Assembly (NCBI GenBank): GCA_041653595.1
Contig: JBAZFB010000005.1
Location: forward strand, 32,075 to 96,074
DNA: 64,000 nucleotides
Direction of reading: 5' to 3'
Origin: Candidatus Omnitrophota bacterium
GTDB lineage: Bacteria; Omnitrophota; Gorgyraeia; Pluralincolimonadales; Pluralincolimonadaceae
Under the pieces are notes generated by a model. It had not been told where the DNA came from and searched no databases. It saw nothing but the letters and a program-made list of their open reading frames with translations. A program made the translations under genes and the position numbers. Numbering within the stretch: the stretch's first letter is position 1; every line of letters starts with the position of its first letter. Of the stretch, positions 48,655-60,559 are shown piece after piece.

Positions 48655-49413
48655 ATGAGAAAACCTATAATCGCAGGCAACTGGAAGATGTACAAGACCT
48701 CAGGCGAGGCGCTTGAGCTCGTCAACGGCCTTAAGAATGAATTAAAAGACGAGACCGCGGTAGAGGTGGTGGTCTGTCCGCCTTTTACCTCGATATCTAA
48801 AGTCGCGGAGGCGCTCAAGGGCTCAAACATCGGATACGGCGCGCAGGATATCTACTGGGAAGAGGAAGGCGCCTATACCGGTGAAGTAGCCCCTAAGATG
48901 CTCACCGACCTCGGCTGTAAATTCTGCATAATCGGGCATTCCGAGCGCAGGACGTATTTCCACGAGACTAATGAGACGGTTAACAAGAAGGTCAAAGCCG
49001 CTTTAAAGCACGGCCTTACGCCGATAATGTGCGTGGGCGAGCGCCTCGAAGAGCGTGATTCCGGAAAGACTTTTGATGTGGTAAAGAACCATGTCGAAGG
49101 CGGGTTAGCCGGCCTCCCTAAAGAGGATGTCGCCAAAATAGTCATTGCCTATGAACCTGTCTGGGCGATCGGGACCGGAAGGACCGCTACGCCGGAACAG
49201 GCGCAGGAAGTCCATAAATATATCCGCGAGCTGCTCAAGAAAGCTTACGGCGAGGATGTCTCTTCAAAAGTGAGGATACAATACGGCGGGAGCGTAAAAC
49301 CCGACAATACGAAGAGCATAATGGCCGGTCCTGACATCGACGGGGCGCTGGTCGGAGGGGCGAGCCTTAAGGTAAAGGATTTCGCCGAAATAGTAAGACA
49401 GGGTAAGAAATGA
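48655..49413 (+). CDS. tpiA: Triosephosphate isomerase
   Basis: IAGNWKM, IIGHSERR, AYEPVWAIGTG and QYGGSV motifs. Confidence 0.95.
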   Translation: MRKPIIAGNWKMYKTSGEALELVNGLKNELKDETAVEVVVCPPFTSISKVAEALKGSNIGYGAQDIYWEEEGAYTGEVAPKMLTDLGCKFCIIGHSERRTYFHETNETVNKKVKAALKHGLTPIMCVGERLEERDSGKTFDVVKNHVEGGLAGLPKEDVAKIVIAYEPVWAIGTGRTATPEQAQEVHKYIRELLKKAYGEDVSSKVRIQYGGSVKPDNTKSIMAGPDIDGALVGGASLKVKDFAEIVRQGKK

Positions 49414-49445
49414 ATTAGTTCCCGTTAAAAAGGAGTGGAAATAAG

Positions 49446-49811
49446 ATGTTCGCGTTCTTGATAACTTTGCATGTGATGGCGTGTTTAGTCCTGATAATGG
49501 TCATCCTGCTCCAGGCGGGTAAGGGCGGCGGGATATCCGAGACGTTCGGCGGGAGCGGCGGCCTCCAGTCTATGCTGGGGACCAAGGCGTCGTCTTTCCT
49601 TACGAAAGCGACCGCCGCGTGCGCTGTCCTCTTTTTGGTGACATCCATGACCTTGGCGCTGATGAGCACCGAAAGGTCCGGCTCGATAGTCGAGAGGGAA
49701 GTCACGAAAGAAGAGAAGAAGGCCCCGGCTAAGGCAGCGGGCGAGGCGCCCCAGGCGCAGACGGTGAAACCACAACCCGTGACTGCCGGGACTCAGCAAG
49801 CTCCTAAATAA
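49446..49811 (+). CDS. secG: Preprotein translocase subunit SecG
   Basis: LQAGKGGG...FGGSG motif with two TM segments. Canonical position after tpiA. Confidence 0.85.
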   Translation: MFAFLITLHVMACLVLIMVILLQAGKGGGISETFGGSGGLQSMLGTKASSFLTKATAACAVLFLVTSMTLALMSTERSGSIVEREVTKEEKKAPAKAAGEAPQAQTVKPQPVTAGTQQAPK

Positions 49812-49834
49812 ATAATAACCCGGGAGAATAAGAT

Positions 49835-51421
49835 ATGTTTAAAAAAATACCGCTTCTTGCGGTATTTTTTTTGCTAGCATCGGGGTCGCTTATGGCGGCC
49901 GATTACGGCGACGCCATCATCACGGCCTCAATCGGCGACGCCTCAACGCTTGTCCCTATCCTCGCCTCGGATTCTGCCTCCGCCGAGATATGCGGCCTCG
50001 TTTTTAACGGCCTGGTGCGCTATGATAAGGACCTTAATCTCGAAGGTGAGCTTGCCGAGAGCTGGGAGATAAAAGAGGGCGGGCTTGTCATAATCTTCCA
50101 CCTGCGAAAGAATGCGAGATGGCACGACGGCCAACCCTTTACCGCGCGCGATGTGGAATTCACCTACCAAAAACTTATCGACCCCAACGTAAAGACCCCG
50201 TACAGCGGGGATTTTGAGCGGGTTAAATCGCTCGAGGTCCTCGACGACCATACCGTAAAGGTGACTTACAAAGAGCCGTTCTCTCCGGGTCTATCCAGCT
50301 GGGGTATGTGGATAATCCCGAAACACTTACTCGAGAAAGAGGATCTGGGTAATACAAAGTTCTCTCGCAATCCGGTCGGGACAGGCCCGTATAAATTCAA
50401 GGAATGGAAGACCGGCGAGAAGATAGTCCTCACCTCGAACCCGGATTACTACGAAGGCCGTCCTTATATAAACAGGTATATCTATAGGATAATCCCTGAC
50501 CAGGCGACCACTTTCCTCGAGCTGCAGACGCAGGGGGTAGATGAGGTCAGCCTGACCCCGCTCCAATACGCGCGCCAGACAGACACGCCGTTCTTCAAGA
50601 AATATTACAAAAAGTACAGATATCCTTCGTTCGGTTATACGTACATGGGTTTTAATATGAAAGACCCGGTTTTCACGGACAGGCGCGTAAGGCTAGCGCT
50701 CGATTACGCTATCGATAAGGACGAGATAATAAAAGGGGTGCTCCTGGGCCTTGGCAGGATCTCGACCGGCCCGTTCCCGCCCGAGTCGTGGGCGTATAAT
50801 AAGGAAGTAAAACCCGCCCCATATGACCCTAAAAAAGCGAAGGAATTATTGAAAGAAGCGGGATGGGAAGACCGTGACGGAGACGGCTGGCTCGATAAGG
50901 ACGGCAAAAAGTTTAAATTCATCATATTGACAAATATGGGGAACGATACGCGCCAGATCTGCGCCGAGATAATCCAAAGGAGATTAAAGGAGATAGGGAT
51001 AGACGTTGAGATAAGGATAATAGAGTGGGCTACCTTTTTGTCGGAGTTCATAGATAAACATAGATTTAGCGCGGTCATCATGGGATGGAATCTTTCACGC
51101 GACCCGGATTGCTATGATATATGGCATTCTTCCAAGCAGAGGCCGGGTGAGTTCAACTTTATCGGGTACGAGAACAAGGAAGTCGACGCCCTTCTCGAGG
51201 CAGGCCGCCGCGAGTTTGACGAGGGGAAAAGGAAAGAGATATATAATAAGATGCACCGGTTGATATTCGACGACCATCCCTGCATATTTTTATTCGTGCC
51301 GGACGCCTTGCCTATCGTCCATTCGAGATTCAAGGGGATATCGCCGGCGCCGTTGGGTATCGGGTATAATTTCATAAAATGGAACGTGCCTAAAGAAGAG
51401 CAGAGATACACCAGATGGTAA
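49835..51421 (+). CDS. ABC transporter substrate-binding protein, family 5 (oligopeptide/dipeptide OppA/DppA-like)
   Basis: Signal peptide, about 528 aa, SBP_bac_5-like content and first gene of an oppABCDF-type operon. Confidence 0.8.
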   Translation: MFKKIPLLAVFFLLASGSLMAADYGDAIITASIGDASTLVPILASDSASAEICGLVFNGLVRYDKDLNLEGELAESWEIKEGGLVIIFHLRKNARWHDGQPFTARDVEFTYQKLIDPNVKTPYSGDFERVKSLEVLDDHTVKVTYKEPFSPGLSSWGMWIIPKHLLEKEDLGNTKFSRNPVGTGPYKFKEWKTGEKIVLTSNPDYYEGRPYINRYIYRIIPDQATTFLELQTQGVDEVSLTPLQYARQTDTPFFKKYYKKYRYPSFGYTYMGFNMKDPVFTDRRVRLALDYAIDKDEIIKGVLLGLGRISTGPFPPESWAYNKEVKPAPYDPKKAKELLKEAGWEDRDGDGWLDKDGKKFKFIILTNMGNDTRQICAEIIQRRLKEIGIDVEIRIIEWATFLSEFIDKHRFSAVIMGWNLSRDPDCYDIWHSSKQRPGEFNFIGYENKEVDALLEAGRREFDEGKRKEIYNKMHRLIFDDHPCIFLFVPDALPIVHSRFKGISPAPLGIGYNFIKWNVPKEEQRYTRW

Positions 51422-52395
51422 ACTACATTTTAAGGCGGCTTGTCGGCTTAATGCCGGTGCTGTTCGGTATAACGGTCATCACTTTTTTCCTGATACACCT
51501 CTCGCCTGGAAAACCTACCCGCCTTCAGGCCGAGATGTCGCCGAAGATAACCCTAGAGGCGCGGGAGAAACTCGACAGGCTCTACGGCCTAGACAAACCC
51601 GTACACGTCCAATACTGGCAATGGATAAAGAGGCTTGCCGTATTCGATTTCGGAAAATCCTTTACCGACGAAAGGCCGGTACTCGTCAAGATCGGTGAAC
51701 GCATACCGATAACGATAACGATAGAGATATTATCGTTGCTCCTGATATTCCTGATCGCCGCGCCGATCGGTATAATGAGCGCGGTAAAAGAAAATTCCAT
51801 TTTTGATAAGAGCTCTACGGTTTTTGTCTTTATCGGTTTCGCGACTCCGACCTTCTGGCTGGCCCTCCTGGCGATGAGCTTATTCGGAGTCCATCTCGGA
51901 TGGCTGCCGATCTCCGGCATAAAATCCCTCGACTTTGAGGAGCTTAATTTCTTCCAGAAGATAGCGGACGTCTCGCGCCATCTGATCCTGCCCGTCTTCG
52001 TCTCGGCCTTCGGCGGCCTAGCCGGCATATCCCGTTATATGCGGACCAGCATGCTTGAGGTCATGCATAAGGATTTCATAAGGACGGCGCGGGCGAAGGG
52101 GCTTTCCGAGAAAGAGGTAATTTACAAACACGCGCTCAAGAACGCGCTCCTGCCGATAGTGACGATAATCGGGCTTTCGGTGCCGGGGTTGATAGGCGGC
52201 AGCGTCATATTCGAATCTATCTACGCCATCCCGGGTATGGGGAAACTCTTCTTCGATTCGGTCATGGCGCGCGATTATCCGGTTATAATGGGGATACTCT
52301 TCGTGGGCGCTATTCTTACTCTTCTCGGTAACCTTTTGGCCGACGTGATGTACGCCTGCGTCGACCCGCGTATCCGCGTGGGGGAGAAGCGATGA
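51415..52395 (+). CDS. ABC transporter permease (OppB/DppB-like)
   Basis: Six TM helices and the EAA-like motif [21 protein letters not shown]. Confidence 0.85.
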   Translation: MVNYILRRLVGLMPVLFGITVITFFLIHLSPGKPTRLQAEMSPKITLEAREKLDRLYGLDKPVHVQYWQWIKRLAVFDFGKSFTDERPVLVKIGERIPITITIEILSLLLIFLIAAPIGIMSAVKENSIFDKSSTVFVFIGFATPTFWLALLAMSLFGVHLGWLPISGIKSLDFEELNFFQKIADVSRHLILPVFVSAFGGLAGISRYMRTSMLEVMHKDFIRTARAKGLSEKEVIYKHALKNALLPIVTIIGLSVPGLIGGSVIFESIYAIPGMGKLFFDSVMARDYPVIMGILFVGAILTLLGNLLADVMYACVDPRIRVGEKR

Positions 52396-53204
52396 GGATA
52401 AACAAACTTACCGCGGCAGGCATCATTATAGTCTGCGTAATGGGATTTCTCGCTATATTCGCTCCGCAGGTGAGCCGCTATGACCCGAACGGGATAAATC
52501 TCGAGAAGGCGCTCTTGCCGCCTTCACACGAACACCCGATGGGGACTGACTCGCTCGGCCGCGACCTCTTCGCGCGTATGGCCTACGGAGGGAGGATATC
52601 GCTCTCGGTAGGTTTTGTCGCGGTCGGGATAGCCGTAATAATAGGGTTGATATTGGGTTCACTCGCAGGTTATTACGGCGGCTGGATAGATAGCGTTGTC
52701 TCAAGATTTATCGATGTTATGTTGTGTTTCCCCACGCTTTTTTTGATACTGACAGTGATCGCAATAATGGGGCCGAGCATTTTCAGTATTATGGTTGTCA
52801 TAGGATTGACCGGTTGGATGGGAGCGGCCCGGTTGATAAGGGCCGAAATTTTGAGTTTAAAAGAACGGGAATTCGTCGAAGCGGCCCGCGCTACAGGAGC
52901 CAGCGACTTTCGTATCATAGTTCGCCATCTGATCCCTAACGGGATGGGGCCTGTTTTAGTCAACGTTGTGTTAGGTGTAGCGGGGGCGATCCTTATAGAA
53001 TCGGGGTTGAGTTTCCTCGGCCTCGGCGTCCAGCCGCCAACGCCGAGCTGGGGGAATATTCTCACTGAGGCGAAATCGACCCTGGGCATTGCCTGGTGGA
53101 TAACCGTCTTTCCCGGATTTGCTATATTAGTCACCGTATTGGGCTATAACCTTTTAGGAGAAGGGTTGCGCGAACATTTCAACCCTCATAAAAAAGGACA
53201 ATGA
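52392..53204 (+). CDS. ABC transporter permease (OppC/DppC-like)
   Basis: N-terminal anchor helix, then a permease core with [21 protein letters not shown]. Confidence 0.85.
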   Translation: MRINKLTAAGIIIVCVMGFLAIFAPQVSRYDPNGINLEKALLPPSHEHPMGTDSLGRDLFARMAYGGRISLSVGFVAVGIAVIIGLILGSLAGYYGGWIDSVVSRFIDVMLCFPTLFLILTVIAIMGPSIFSIMVVIGLTGWMGAARLIRAEILSLKEREFVEAARATGASDFRIIVRHLIPNGMGPVLVNVVLGVAGAILIESGLSFLGLGVQPPTPSWGNILTEAKSTLGIAWWITVFPGFAILVTVLGYNLLGEGLREHFNPHKKGQ

Positions 53205-53998
53205 ACGAACCGCTTTTAGAGATTAAAAACTTATACGTCAATTTCAAACAGGGCGAGAAGACGATCGAGGCTGTCAGGGGCGCTGACCTCAAAGTCTATG
53301 AAGGCGAGATCCTAGGCCTCGTCGGGGAATCCGGCTCCGGAAAATCCGTGACCGCGCTTTCCGTGACGAGGCTCCTCCCAAGTTCGGCCGAAATAACCAA
53401 GGGCGACATATTATTCGACGGCCGCGAGATATTTAAATTATCGGAAGAACAGCTCAGGAATATAAGAGGGGCGAAGGTCTCATATGTATTCCAGGACCCG
53501 GCGACGTCCCTTAACCCGGTCTTTACCATAGGCGACCAGCTTATCGAGACGATACGGCTCCACCAGAGATCGAAGGAGAACGAGGCATTCGATACGGCCG
53601 TCGGGCTGCTCAAGGACGTCGGGATGCCGTCGCCGAAAGAAGTAATGTTCTCTTATCCGCACCAGCTCTCAGGCGGTATGAAGCAGAGGGTGATGATAGC
53701 AATGGCGATATCATGCAGGCCGAAACTTTTGATCGCCGATGAGCCGACTACCGCGCTCGACGTCACCATACAGGCGCAGATCCTTGAGCTCCTCGAAAAA
53801 TTGAGGGAGGATCTTAAACTCACCGTCCTTTTAATTACCCACGACCTTTCGATAGTCGCGCAGGTCGCGGAGAAGACCGCGGTGATGCAGGAGGGGAAGA
53901 TCGTCGAATACGGCGATACCGACATGATATACAAGAAGCCGTCGCATCCTTACACGAAGAAACTAATAGATTGCATCCCGAAGATGAGCAGGAGATAG
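53201..53998 (+). CDS. ABC transporter ATP-binding protein (OppD/DppD-like)
   Basis: Walker A GESGSGKS, signature LSGGMKQR and Walker B LLIADEPTTALD. Confidence 0.9.
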   Translation: MNEPLLEIKNLYVNFKQGEKTIEAVRGADLKVYEGEILGLVGESGSGKSVTALSVTRLLPSSAEITKGDILFDGREIFKLSEEQLRNIRGAKVSYVFQDPATSLNPVFTIGDQLIETIRLHQRSKENEAFDTAVGLLKDVGMPSPKEVMFSYPHQLSGGMKQRVMIAMAISCRPKLLIADEPTTALDVTIQAQILELLEKLREDLKLTVLLITHDLSIVAQVAEKTAVMQEGKIVEYGDTDMIYKKPSHPYTKKLIDCIPKMSRR

Positions 53999-53999
53999 A

Positions 54000-54977
54000 G
54001 TGCAGCCGGTACTTTCTGTAAAAGACGTAAAAAAATATTTCCCGGTCGCTAGGGGGCTTGCCCGCCATATCGTAGGCGAGGTCAAGGCCGTCGACGGGAT
54101 ATCCTTCGATGTCGAAGCAGGGAAGACGCTCGGCTTGGTCGGTGAATCGGGCTGCGGAAAGACGACGCTGGCCAGGATAATACTCAATCTCCTTAACCCT
54201 ACAGCCGGGAAGATATCATTCGAAGGGCAGCAGATAACCGGCCTCGCGCAGGATAGGATGCGGCCGTTAAGGAAAAGATTGCAAGTCGTCTTCCAGGACC
54301 CGTATAATTCGCTTAACCCGAGGATGAAAATTGGCGAGATCTTAAGTGAGCCGCTGCTGGTTCACGGAATCGGCGACGCCAAGCAGCGCCGGCTGAAAGT
54401 CATGGAGCTGCTTTCGAAGGTCGGATTGCAGGCCGACCACGCGAAGCGTTACCCGCACCAGTTCAGCGGCGGGGAGCGCCAGAGGATAGGTATAGCGCGG
54501 GCGCTCGCGACAGATCCCAAACTTATTGTCTGCGACGAGCCGGTTTCATCACTCGACCTCTCGATACAGGCGCAGATATTGAAATTGCTGACGGGCCTCC
54601 AGAAGGAATTGGGCCTATCATATCTCTTTATCTCGCACGACCTGCGGGTCATAGAATCTATATCCGATTCGGTCCTGGTAATGTACCTGGGCAAGGCCTT
54701 TGAATACGCCTCTACCGATGAGCTTTACTCATTTCCTATACACCCTTACACCGAGGCTCTCTTCTCAGCGATATCTATCGGGCCGGATCGCAAGAAGAAA
54801 AAGATGATAGTAAAAGGCGAACTGCCGTCTCCGTTATCCCCGCCTGCCGGCTGCAAATTCCATCCCCGTTGCCCATACGCCGAACCCCGGTGCAAGATAG
54901 AAGAACCTCTCTTAGAGGAGGTCAAACCGGGGCATTTCGTCGCCTGCCCGCCAAGGGTGAGGCAGTTGGTTAAATAA
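54000..54977 (+). CDS. ABC transporter ATP-binding protein (OppF/DppF-like)
   Basis: Walker A GESGCGKTT, signature FSGGERQR and Walker B LIVCDEPVSSLD. GTG start. Confidence 0.9.
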   Translation: MQPVLSVKDVKKYFPVARGLARHIVGEVKAVDGISFDVEAGKTLGLVGESGCGKTTLARIILNLLNPTAGKISFEGQQITGLAQDRMRPLRKRLQVVFQDPYNSLNPRMKIGEILSEPLLVHGIGDAKQRRLKVMELLSKVGLQADHAKRYPHQFSGGERQRIGIARALATDPKLIVCDEPVSSLDLSIQAQILKLLTGLQKELGLSYLFISHDLRVIESISDSVLVMYLGKAFEYASTDELYSFPIHPYTEALFSAISIGPDRKKKKMIVKGELPSPLSPPAGCKFHPRCPYAEPRCKIEEPLLEEVKPGHFVACPPRVRQLVK

Positions 54978-55004
54978 TTAAGCATATACTCAATTGTTAT
55001 AGGG

Positions 55005-55033
55005 TTGCATTTCTAACGTCTTTTCGCTATAAT
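55005..55033 (+). promoter_or_regulatory. Candidate sigma70 promoter (TTGCAT-N17-TATAAT) upstream of the MarC-family gene
   Basis: ttgcat at 55005-55010, a 17-nt spacer, and tataat at 55028-55033. The -10 is very close to the GGAGG/ATG at 55035-55046, so a short leader would be implied. Confidence 0.35.
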
Positions 55034-55043
55034 CGGAGGTGCT

Positions 55044-55682
55044 ATGGTAGACAAGATAATATTCTTTCTGATAAAGCCGCTTTCACCGTTGGCCCCGTTC
55101 ATACTCAGTTTTATACCGGTATTCGTTGCGGTCAATGCCTTTGGCAACCTGCCGTTATATATCGGCCTGACCGAGGGCATGAGCAAATCCGATAAAAAGA
55201 GGGTCATCAACAAGAGTATACTTGTAGCAACAGTGGTGGCGTTATTATTTATATTCGCGGGAAAGCTCGCCCTGCGGCTTACCGGGGTCGAGGTCTTTGA
55301 CTTCAGGATAGGCGGTGGCATACTTTTATTGGTACTTTCGGTGCACCTCCTGCTTCCGGGCGAAGAGAAGAAGAGGCATGCCTCAGCGGATGTAGGCGTA
55401 TTTCCGTTGGGGACGCCGCTTATAACGGGGCCGGCGGTCCTGACGACGATACTTATCATTATAGACCTTTACGGCATATTGCCCACCGTCATATCGATAT
55501 TGGCAAATATGGCCATAAGCTGGGCCGTATTGACCTATTCGGAGTTCTTCATAAAAATGCTCGGGCAGGGCGGTTCCAGGGCCCTGGCGAAGGTTGCGGA
55601 CATATTCCTGGCGGCGATCGCAATAATGATGATAAGGATGGGGATATTGGAGATAATCGTAAGGATGGCGGCGAAAAAATAA
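55044..55682 (+). CDS. MarC-family (UPF0056) integral membrane protein
   Basis: AVNAFGNLPLY (the NPxGNxP-type MarC motif) and six TM helices. Confidence 0.75.
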   Translation: MVDKIIFFLIKPLSPLAPFILSFIPVFVAVNAFGNLPLYIGLTEGMSKSDKKRVINKSILVATVVALLFIFAGKLALRLTGVEVFDFRIGGGILLLVLSVHLLLPGEEKKRHASADVGVFPLGTPLITGPAVLTTILIIIDLYGILPTVISILANMAISWAVLTYSEFFIKMLGQGGSRALAKVADIFLAAIAIMMIRMGILEIIVRMAAKK

Positions 55683-55683
55683 T

Positions 55684-56913
55684 ATGAAAAAGAATGTAAT
55701 AGCTTTCATAATGGCGGGCGGGAAGGGCGAGAGGCTCATCCCCCTGACGAGGGACAGGACCAAACCGGCCGTCCCGTTCGGCGGGATATACAGGATCATC
55801 GACGTCACGCTCTCGAACTGCATAAATTCGGGCATACGCCGCATACACGTCCTCATCCAGTATAAATGCAACTCACTCATAAGGCACCTGCGGCTCGGGT
55901 GGAACATATTCGACGCCGAACTCGGGGAATATATAGATATCGTCCCGGCGCAGATGAGGACCGGAGATACGTGGTATATGGGCACCGCCGACTCGATTTT
56001 CCAGAACCTTTATTTCATCGAGACCGAAAAACCCGAATATGTCCTGATACTGGCCGGCGACCACATCTACAAGATGAATTACGCGGAGATGATCGACTAC
56101 CACATCGCCAAGGGCGCGGACTGCACCGTCTCGGTCGTCGAGATGGATAAGAAGGATTCGCAGCATTTCGGCGTGCTCGAGGTCGACCGGAATGAGAGGA
56201 TACTCGGTTTCGAGGAGAAGCCGAAGACCCCTAAGACGATCCCCGGCGACCCGGCTCATATCTACGCGTCGATGGGCATATACGTCTTCAAGACAGATGT
56301 GCTAAAAGAGGTGCTTAACGCCGACTCACAGGACCCGGCGAGCAAACACGATTTCGGAAAGAATATCCTCCCCGGGATGGTCGCGAGGAAGGAGAAGGTC
56401 TTTGCTTATAATTTTAAGGACGAGAACAAGAAAGAGGCGCAATACTGGCGCGACATAGGGACGCTCGACGCGTATTATGAGGCGAATATGGACCTTGTCG
56501 GCGTGACGCCGGTCTTTAACCTTTACGACAAGGAATGGCCGATCCGCACCTATATGGAGAAATACCCGCCGGCCAAGTTCGTTTTCGCGGGCGGCGACGA
56601 CGGCGCGCGCATCGGCGTGGCGATAGATTCGATGGTCTCGAACGGATGCATAATATCCGGCGGCAAGGTCGACCGCTCGATACTCTCGCCGAACGTGAGG
56701 GTAAACAGCTACGCCAGCGTCACCGATTCGATAGTGATGGAAGGCGTGGATATCGGCCGCAACGCCAGGATAAGACGGGCGATAATAGATAAAGATGTCA
56801 AAGTCCCGCAGGGGACAGAGATCGGGTACGATCTCGAGGAAGACAAGAAGAGATTTACGGTGACCGAGTCCGGGCTGGTCGTGGTAGCCAAGAGCACGGT
56901 CATAGAAAGATAG
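55684..56913 (+). CDS. glgC: Glucose-1-phosphate adenylyltransferase
   Basis: IMAGGKGERLIPLTRDRTKPAVPFGGIYRIID and WYMGTADSI motifs, with a C-terminal left-handed beta-helix region. Confidence 0.9.
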   Translation: MKKNVIAFIMAGGKGERLIPLTRDRTKPAVPFGGIYRIIDVTLSNCINSGIRRIHVLIQYKCNSLIRHLRLGWNIFDAELGEYIDIVPAQMRTGDTWYMGTADSIFQNLYFIETEKPEYVLILAGDHIYKMNYAEMIDYHIAKGADCTVSVVEMDKKDSQHFGVLEVDRNERILGFEEKPKTPKTIPGDPAHIYASMGIYVFKTDVLKEVLNADSQDPASKHDFGKNILPGMVARKEKVFAYNFKDENKKEAQYWRDIGTLDAYYEANMDLVGVTPVFNLYDKEWPIRTYMEKYPPAKFVFAGGDDGARIGVAIDSMVSNGCIISGGKVDRSILSPNVRVNSYASVTDSIVMEGVDIGRNARIRRAIIDKDVKVPQGTEIGYDLEEDKKRFTVTESGLVVVAKSTVIER

Positions 56914-57597
56914 ATGCGGCGCGATATACCGGTTGTGATCAGGCTTTTGCGCCGCCGTTTCGGAAGGCTCAGGTTCAGGAGAGAGAAAGACGCGGTAGGC
57001 CTGCTCGTCAAGACTATCCTCTCGCAGAACACCTCTGATGTAACTTCCTTTCGGGCGTTCGACAACCTAAAAAAGCGTTTCAGGAACTGGGAGAGCTTAA
57101 GGAGGGCGGACGTCCCGGCCATAAGGCGCGAGATAAAGATCGCCGGCCTTTCGAATATCAAGGCGTCCCGCATCAAACATGCCTTGAACTTAATATATTT
57201 GATGCGGGGCTCGCTGGAGTTGGATTTTTTAAAGCGGACGGGTACGCGTGAAGGATACGCGTTCTTAAGATCAATAAAAGGCGTCGGGCCTAAGACGGCG
57301 GCGATAGTCCTGCTCTTTGGGTTTAATAAGCCGGTTATGCCGGTAGATACGCATATATTCAGGGTGACAAAGCGCCTCGGGCTTATCGGCGGAAAGATTA
57401 CGCCGGAGAAGGCGCAGGAATACCTGACCGCGGAAACACCAGCGGACGCGATAAAGGAATTCCACGTGCACCTGATAATGCACGGCAGGCAGGTATGCGC
57501 GGCACGGGACCCGAAATGCCCGTTGTGCGACCTTAAGCAGGCGTGTAAATATTACGGAGAAAAGTATGGAAGACAAGGCGTTAATAATAGGAAATAG
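56914..57597 (+). CDS. nth: Endonuclease III (HhH-GPD DNA glycosylase with 4Fe-4S cluster)
   Basis: Hh[17 protein letters not shown], catalytic D in VDTHIFRV, and [17 protein letters not shown] (Cx6Cx2Cx5C). Confidence 0.9.
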   Translation: MRRDIPVVIRLLRRRFGRLRFRREKDAVGLLVKTILSQNTSDVTSFRAFDNLKKRFRNWESLRRADVPAIRREIKIAGLSNIKASRIKHALNLIYLMRGSLELDFLKRTGTREGYAFLRSIKGVGPKTAAIVLLFGFNKPVMPVDTHIFRVTKRLGLIGGKITPEKAQEYLTAETPADAIKEFHVHLIMHGRQVCAARDPKCPLCDLKQACKYYGEKYGRQGVNNRK

Positions 57598-58348
57598 GGA
57601 GTTTAGGTCGCGGCTACTCGTCGGCACCGGCAAGTACGCCGATTTCGATGTAATGAAAAAAGCGCTTGAGGCATCCGGCGCCGAGATAGTCACCGTCGCG
57701 ATAAGGCGGCTCGACCTCGGCGATGCCGGCGCGAAGAAAGAAACTCTACTTGACCATATCGACAGAAATAAATATACTATATTGCCTAACACGGCAGGCT
57801 GCTACACGGCGGAGGACGCGATAAGGATAGCGCATATCGCGCGAGGGATGGGCCTGTCCGAGTTGGTAAAACTCGAGGTCATAGGCGATGAAAAGACGCT
57901 CTTCCCGGACACGGAAGCGCTGCTCGCGGCGACCAAAGTCCTCGTCAAGGAAGGTTTCACCGTCATGCCGTACACGAACGACGACCCGGTCATGGCGAAG
58001 AAGCTCGCGGACGCGGGCGCGGCGTGCGTCATGCCCCTGGCTTCTCCGATCGGTTCGGGTATGGGGATATTGAACCCCATAAATATAAGATTTATCCGGG
58101 AAGCCGTTAAAGTGCCGGTGATAGTCGACGCGGGTGTAGGCACGGCCTCGGATGTGGCGGTAGCGATGGAATTAGGTGTCGACGGCGTGCTTATGAATAC
58201 CGGCATCGCGGGGGCAAAAGACCCGGTTGGGATGGCCCGTGCTATGAGATTGGCGACCGAAGCGGGGAGATTGGCATATCTGTCGGGAAGGATAGCGATG
58301 AAGCAATACGCTTCGCCGTCGAGCCCGACAACAGGGATCATAAAATAA
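57566..58348 (+). CDS. thiG: Thiazole synthase
   Basis: [27 protein letters not shown] and [12 protein letters not shown] motifs. Confidence 0.9.
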   Translation: MEDKALIIGNREFRSRLLVGTGKYADFDVMKKALEASGAEIVTVAIRRLDLGDAGAKKETLLDHIDRNKYTILPNTAGCYTAEDAIRIAHIARGMGLSELVKLEVIGDEKTLFPDTEALLAATKVLVKEGFTVMPYTNDDPVMAKKLADAGAACVMPLASPIGSGMGILNPINIRFIREAVKVPVIVDAGVGTASDVAVAMELGVDGVLMNTGIAGAKDPVGMARAMRLATEAGRLAYLSGRIAMKQYASPSSPTTGIIK

Positions 58349-58349
58349 T

Positions 58350-58799
58350 ATGGTAAGAAAAGCGCAGGTAAAGGACACAGGGCGTATACACGAGCTTATA
58401 GACTATTACGCGAAGAATAATCTGATGCTTCCCCGTGCGGAGAGCGAGATCGCGGAGAACATTAGGGATTTCTGGGTATACGAGAAAGGCAGCGTCCTGA
58501 TAGGCTGCGCCGCGCTGCATATCTTCTCGAATAAACTGGCGGAAATAAGGTCTTTGGCTGTCGATGCCGGCCACGTGAAATCAGGGATCGGTACCGGGCT
58601 GGTGAAGTCATGCCTGAAAGAAGCGCAGGATATGGGGATAAAAAGCGTTTTCGTGCTTACGCAGAAATCGGATTTCTTCAAGAGATTCGGGTTTATGCCG
58701 ATCGAGAAGAAGAAGCTGCCTCAGAAGATATGGACAGATTGCAGCATCTGCGCGAAGTTCGCGAAGTGCGATGAGATAGCATATGTCAAGGAGTTGTAA
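58350..58799 (+). CDS. GNAT-family N-acetyltransferase (ArgA-C-terminal-like)
   Basis: IRSLAVDAGHVKSGIGTGLV acetyl-CoA-binding motif A (R/Q-x-x-G-x-G/A). Length 149 aa. Confidence 0.75.
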   Translation: MVRKAQVKDTGRIHELIDYYAKNNLMLPRAESEIAENIRDFWVYEKGSVLIGCAALHIFSNKLAEIRSLAVDAGHVKSGIGTGLVKSCLKEAQDMGIKSVFVLTQKSDFFKRFGFMPIEKKKLPQKIWTDCSICAKFAKCDEIAYVKEL

Positions 58800-60071
58800 A
58801 TGGGATACACGATAACTGAAAAAATATTGATGGCGCATGCGGACAGGAAGTCGATATCTCCCGGCGATTTGATCGACTGCAAGGTCGACCTCTGCCTCGG
58901 CAACGATATCACCGCGCCTATAGCGATATCGGAGTTCGAGAAAGCCGGCGCAGGTAAGGTCTTCGATAATAAGAAGATAGCGCTCGTCCCTGACCACTTC
59001 TCTCCGGCGAAGGATATTAAATCCGCCGAACAGCTCAAGGTGCTCAGGGAGTTCGCGAAGAAGCATAGCATCAAGTATTATTACGAGATCGGGTGCATGG
59101 GCATCGAGCATGCGCTCCTCCCGGAAGAGGGGCTTACCATGCCCGGTGACCTTATAATCGGCGCGGATTCGCATACCTGCACATACGGCGCTGTCGGCGC
59201 GTTCTCGACAGGCGTCGGCTCGACAGACCTCGCCGCGGTATTCATAAGGGGCAGGATATGGTTTAAAGTGCCGGAGTCGATAAAATTCGTATACAGCGGA
59301 AAGCTCAATAAATGGGTCGGAGGCAAGGACCTCATACTCTACACGATAGGCGATATCGGCGTAGACGGGGCTTTGTATAAGGCGATGGAGTTCACAGGCG
59401 GCGCGATCGAGCGCCTTCCGATGGACGACCGTTTCGCGATGTGCAATATGGCCATCGAGGCCGGCGGCAAGAACGGCATCATCGCGGCCGATGGAACTAC
59501 ATTGAAATACGTGAAAGAGACTACCAAGAAATCCAAGAAGAAATGGAAAATATACAAGAGCGATAAGGACGCGCAATATAGTGAGGTAAAGGAATACGAC
59601 GTCTCGAAACTCGAGCCGATGGTATCCTTGCCGCCGTTGCCGTCCAACGCGAAGCCTGTAAGCCAGGTCAAGAACGTCAGGATCGACCAGTCGGTAATCG
59701 GCTCATGCACGAATGGCCGCATCAGCGACTTAAGGATGGCCGCGAAGGTCTTGAAGGGAAAGAAAGTCCATAAGGACGTGCGCTGCATAATCTTCCCGGC
59801 CACACAGGCGGTATATTTACAGGCGATGGACGAAGGATTGCTCGAGATATTCGTGAGATCTGGCTGCGCAGTCTCGACTCCTACGTGCGGGCCGTGTTTA
59901 GGCGGGCATATGGGGATATTGGCCGCGGGCGAGCGCTCTATCGCGACGACGAACCGCAACTTTGTCGGGCGGATGGGGCACTTGAAGTCCGAGGTCTATC
60001 TCTCGAACCCGGCTGTAGCCGCGGCTAGCGCGATAAAGGGCAGGATCGCGCATCCGGAGGAAGTAATATGA
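58800..60071 (+). CDS. leuC: 3-isopropylmalate dehydratase large subunit (aconitase family, short LeuC/HacA type)
   Basis: Cluster-ligand region DSHTCTYGA and GSCTNGR...CGPCLG. Adjacent to leuD and leuB. Confidence 0.85.
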   Translation: MGYTITEKILMAHADRKSISPGDLIDCKVDLCLGNDITAPIAISEFEKAGAGKVFDNKKIALVPDHFSPAKDIKSAEQLKVLREFAKKHSIKYYYEIGCMGIEHALLPEEGLTMPGDLIIGADSHTCTYGAVGAFSTGVGSTDLAAVFIRGRIWFKVPESIKFVYSGKLNKWVGGKDLILYTIGDIGVDGALYKAMEFTGGAIERLPMDDRFAMCNMAIEAGGKNGIIAADGTTLKYVKETTKKSKKKWKIYKSDKDAQYSEVKEYDVSKLEPMVSLPPLPSNAKPVSQVKNVRIDQSVIGSCTNGRISDLRMAAKVLKGKKVHKDVRCIIFPATQAVYLQAMDEGLLEIFVRSGCAVSTPTCGPCLGGHMGILAAGERSIATTNRNFVGRMGHLKSEVYLSNPAVAAASAIKGRIAHPEEVI

Positions 60072-60559
60072 TACTCAAAGGGAAGACCTGGAAATTCGGA
60101 AATGACATAAATACAGATGAGATAATTCCGGCGAAGTACCTTGTTTCGGTTGACCCAAAGGTGCTCGGGGAGAATTGCATGGACGGTATAACCCCCGGGT
60201 TTTCTAAGAAGATCTCTGCCGGCGATATTATAGTGGGCGGCAAGAACTTCGGCTGCGGCTCGAGCCGTGAGCACGCGCCGCTCGCGATAAAAGGAAGCGG
60301 CATTTCGTGCGTCATCGCGGACAGCTTCGCGAGGATATTCTACAGGAACAGCATAAACATCGGCCTCCCGATATTTGAATGCCCGGAGGCCGCGAAGTCA
60401 ATAGAAGAAGGCGACGAAGTGGAAGTCGACGCCTCGACAGGGTTGATAAGGAACCTCACAAAAAACAAGAAGTACCAGGCGAAGCCGATGCCCGCGTTCA
60501 TGCAGGAGCTTATCGGGGCGGGCGGGCTCATGAAATGGGTGGTCAAGAAAAATGGGTAA
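60068..60559 (+). CDS. leuD: 3-isopropylmalate dehydratase small subunit
   Basis: [15 protein letters not shown] and [15 protein letters not shown] motifs. ATGA overlap with leuC. Confidence 0.85.
   Translation: MILKGKTWKFGNDINTDEIIPAKYLVSVDPKVLGENCMDGITPGFSKKISAGDIIVGGKNFGCGSSREHAPLAIKGSGISCVIADSFARIFYRNSINIGLPIFECPEAAKSIEEGDEVEVDASTGLIRNLTKNKKYQAKPMPAFMQELIGAGGLMKWVVKKNG

Noticed and set aside
58608-59576. 322-aa minus-strand ORF antisense to the GNAT/leuC region
   Set aside because: It lies opposite leuC, which has clear Fe-S ligand motifs. Its composition is typical of antisense frames.
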